DNA from: Macrostomum lignano
Lineage: Eukaryota
DNA length: 64,000 nucleotides
NCBI GenBank assembly: GCA_002269645.1
Contig: NIVC01003564.1
Location: forward strand, 1-64,000
Direction: 5' to 3'
Shown in pieces: positions 61,279 to 64,000 of the stretch. A program made the position numbers and the translations under genes. Every line of letters starts with the position of its first letter. The first letter of the stretch is position 1. Below the pieces are notes generated by a model. The model was not told the origin of the DNA. It did not search any database and was given only the letters and a program-made list of their open reading frames with translations.

Positions 61279-63486
61279 TGGAACAGCGGCTTTCACAGAG
61301 GGCTCTGGCTGTTGTTGTTGCTGCTGCTGCTGCTGGTCGCCAGCCGGCTTTCCCGATGGTGCCTCAGCTTCATCCTCATCCTCGTCTGAAGTCTCCCAGG
61401 TGCTCTTCTCCGTACCCTTCACTCGTTTCGGCTTTGGCGAACGGTTTGAACTGTCGTCGTCTTTATCCTCGTGATCCGAGTCTTTGTAGTCGACTAGGCC
61501 GAGGCCACCGGAAATGCCGCCGGCTTCCGTCTTCACAGCGGCGACTGGTTCGTTTGTCTGTTGCTGCTGCTGCTGCTGCTGCTGGGCCGCTGTCGGCTGC
61601 TTTTTTGGACCAAATTTCCCGAACGAGTTGGTGACAACTTCAAAGCCGCTGCTGCCGCTACCAGCGGTTGGATTAGCGACGCTAGCCGAAGGATTAGCCG
61701 ATGGATTAGCCGATGCAGATACAGAAGATACATTCATTGGCAAGATCTTGGCCTGGGTAGCTTTACCAGCAACTACCACCATTGTCATTGGCTGTTGCGG
61801 CTGCTGCTGCTGCGGTGGCTGCTGCACAGCTGGCGAAGGCTTCGGCGAAGGCGGCAGCGGCGGCGGCGGCACAGCCGATACAGCCGGCTTATTGCTTGGC
61901 AAAGGAATATCCGGCGGAGGCGCCTGCGGCACAGGGATATCGCTGACGGCCTGCGGCTCGCTAGCTGGCATGGGGATCTCGGTCAGGCTAACCGGTCCCG
62001 GTCCATCCCCAGGTGGCATTGGTACCTGGGACAGGGGGGTGGGGCTGTCCGCGGGCCGGGGTATGCTGGCCAGGTCCAGACCGGCTCTCAGCACCTCAGC
62101 CTCCTCATCTGCATCGTCATCTCCATCATCATTGTTGTCATCGTCCTGCTCCCATTCGCCCGGGTTGACTCGAACGGCGGCAGTCTTGCCAGCCGCTCCC
62201 ACCTGCTGCTTTTGCTTCTTTTTATTGCTTTCAGCCGTCTTCTTTTTCTTCTTTTTCTTGGCTTTGCTTTTGCTTTTGCTTTCGCTAGAGACTGACAGAG
62301 CCTTCTTCGAGGCGGCCGAGGAGTCGCGTCGGCGGCGCTTCTTGCTTGAGTCGCTTTTGCTGCTTTTGCTGCGCTTGCGTTTGAGCTGCTGCTGCTCCAG
62401 CTGGTCCTGGCAATTGGTTGGTGGGTGGAGATTCTCATAGGGCATTAGGAAGATTCTCATAGGGCATTGGGAAGATTCTCATAGGGCATTGGGAAGATTC
62501 TCATAGGGCATTGGGAAGATTCTCATAGGGCATTGGGAAGATTCTCATAGGGCATTGGGAAGATTCTCATAGGGCATTGGGAAGATTCTCATAGGGCACT
62601 GGGAAGATTCTCATAGGGCATTGGGGAGATTCTCATAGGGCATTGGGGAGTTTGTCATAGGGCATAGGGGAGATTCTCAAAGGGCATTGGGAAGATTCTC
62701 ATAGGGCATTGGGAAGATTCTCATAGGGCATTGGGAAGATTCTCCTAGGGCATTGGGGGAGATTCTCAAAGGGCATTGGGGGAGATTCTCATAGGACATT
62801 GGTGGAGGGATTCTCATAGGGCATTGGGGGAAATTCTGTAAAGGACATTGAGGAAAGTTCTTAAAAGGACATTGGGGAAGATTCTTTAAAGGACATTGGG
62901 GAATATTCTTTAAAGGACATTGGAGAAGATTCTTAATGTTCATTGGGGAGATTATTTAAAAGACATCATTGAAATTCCTTAAAAGACATTGGGGAGATTC
63001 CAGTTTGTAAATTGTGCCCTCATTGAAATAAAGAAACTACTCATTAAAAGGTAGTATAAAAAGCAAACAAATACTCAGCTAACCTGTTCTTCATCTTGCT
63101 GCTGCCTGCTTCTACTCCTAGTTGTCATGACAGTTGACGAAGATTTCAAGCCGCTGTTCTTCTGCGCAGAAGCGGCAGACAGAGTTTTCTTTTTCTTTTT
63201 CTTACTACTCGCACTAGTAGTAGATGCGGTGTTAGAATTGACCGATTTATCCGCCGGGGCCCTGGCCGAGCTGAATATGAGTGGCGGCGAGGCCCGAGTC
63301 AGTTTGAGCAGCTCGTGAGGCCATTCGATTTCGCTGTTGCCATCGCTGGCCAGAACCGGGTAGGGCTTCTGGCGATCTTCAATGCGCTGCTGCAGCTGCT
63401 GGCGACGGCTGCCGATGCCGCTGCTGTCCTGGGCTGCGGCCGACTGACCGCCGGTGTCCGACTGCTTCTTGGCCTGCTGCTCGAAG
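58408..63486 (-). CDS. GPATCH8: GPATCH8/ZNF804-like RS-, Gln-, Ala-, His-rich protein, 3' exons (5' end beyond the window)
   Basis: Exons 63486..63084, 62406..59440, 59334..58408 with phase-compatible GT-AG sites. The first encodes YPVLASDGNSEIEWPHELLKLTRASPPLIFS, resembling the GPATCH8/ZNF804A motif [31 protein letters not shown] (recalled, not searched). It is followed by Lys-rich, RS/SY-rich and His/Gln/Ala-rich regions, as in GPATCH8. Confidence 0.6.
62430..63000. repeat. 22-bp intronic minisatellite (GGGCATTGGGAAGATTCTCATA)
   Basis: Direct reading; lies in intron 63083..62407. Confidence 0.93.
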
Positions 63487-63519
63487 CTGAGGGATTGCCG
63501 CGAGGAGAGGGTGATATTT

Positions 63520-64000
63520 GACAGGGAGAGCAGCTAAAACAGGGAGAGGGCAGGGAGAGAGCAGCGGGGGTAGGGAGAGAGAAGCAGGGGCAGGGAGAGA
63601 GCAGCTGGGGCAGGGAGAGAGCAGCTGGGGCAGGGAGAGAGCAGCGGGGGCAGGGAGAGAGCAGCGGGGGCAGGGAGAGAGCAGCTGGGGCAGGGAGAGC
63701 AGCTGGGGCAGGGAGAGAGCAGCTGGGGCAGGGAGAGCAGCTGGGGTAGGGAGAGAGCAGCGGGGGCAGGGAGAGAGCAGCTGGGGCAGGGAGAGAGCAG
63801 CGGGGGCAGGGAGAGAGCAGCTGGGGCAGGGAGAGAGCAGTTGGGGCAGGGAGAGAGCAGCGGGGGCAGGGAGAGAGCAGCTGGGGCAGGGAGAGCAGCT
63901 GGGGCAGGGAGAGAGCAGCTGGGGCAGGGAGAGAGAAGCAGGGGCAGGGAGAGGGCAGGGAGAGAGAGCAGCGGGGGCAGGGAGAGAGCAGCTGGGGCAG
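63520..64000. repeat. 20-bp G-rich intronic minisatellite (GGGGCAGGGAGAGAGCAGCT)
   Basis: Direct reading. Confidence 0.93.

Noticed and set aside
59494-62440. Many overlapping + strand and alternate-frame ORFs over the GPATCH8-like exon
   Set aside because: GC-rich trinucleotide low-complexity shadows of the minus-strand frame that is supported by splice phases.

Overview
Eukaryotic (animal) genomic DNA with short GT-AG introns and very dense minisatellites. The overall style resembles the flatworm Macrostomum lignano, but that is inference only. Bases 1-52,000 hold a tandem, same-strand (minus) cluster of four paralogous genes (A-D), each inside a segmental-duplication unit. The ORF track splits them into unrelated pieces. 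Conserved, phase-compatible splice sites (74-nt intron, 42-nt micro-exon, 75-78-nt intron, 335-nt exon, variable intron) join three parts: (i) one intronless exon with 7 to 71 near-identical 99-bp/33-aa ankyrin-like repeats plus 2-3 canonical ankyrin repeats, (ii) a Mab-21/cGAS-like (cGLR) nucleotidyltransferase with apparently intact catalytic acidic residues, and (iii) a helical tail. Repeat variation is concentrated at the AA-xx-GH di-residue and the residue before AA, which are ligand-facing ankyrin positions. The cluster therefore looks like a diversifying 'natural DARPin'-cGLR innate immune receptor family. The rest of the window has a GPATCH8/ZNF804-like gene (3' exons), an orphan copy of one of its exons, the last two exons of a thymidine phosphorylase-like gene, a P-element-like transposon derivative with TIRs and a 7-bp TSD, THAP and RTE-LINE remnants, a tRNA-derived SINE and over 25 minisatellite arrays. 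All coordinates and counts are manual.
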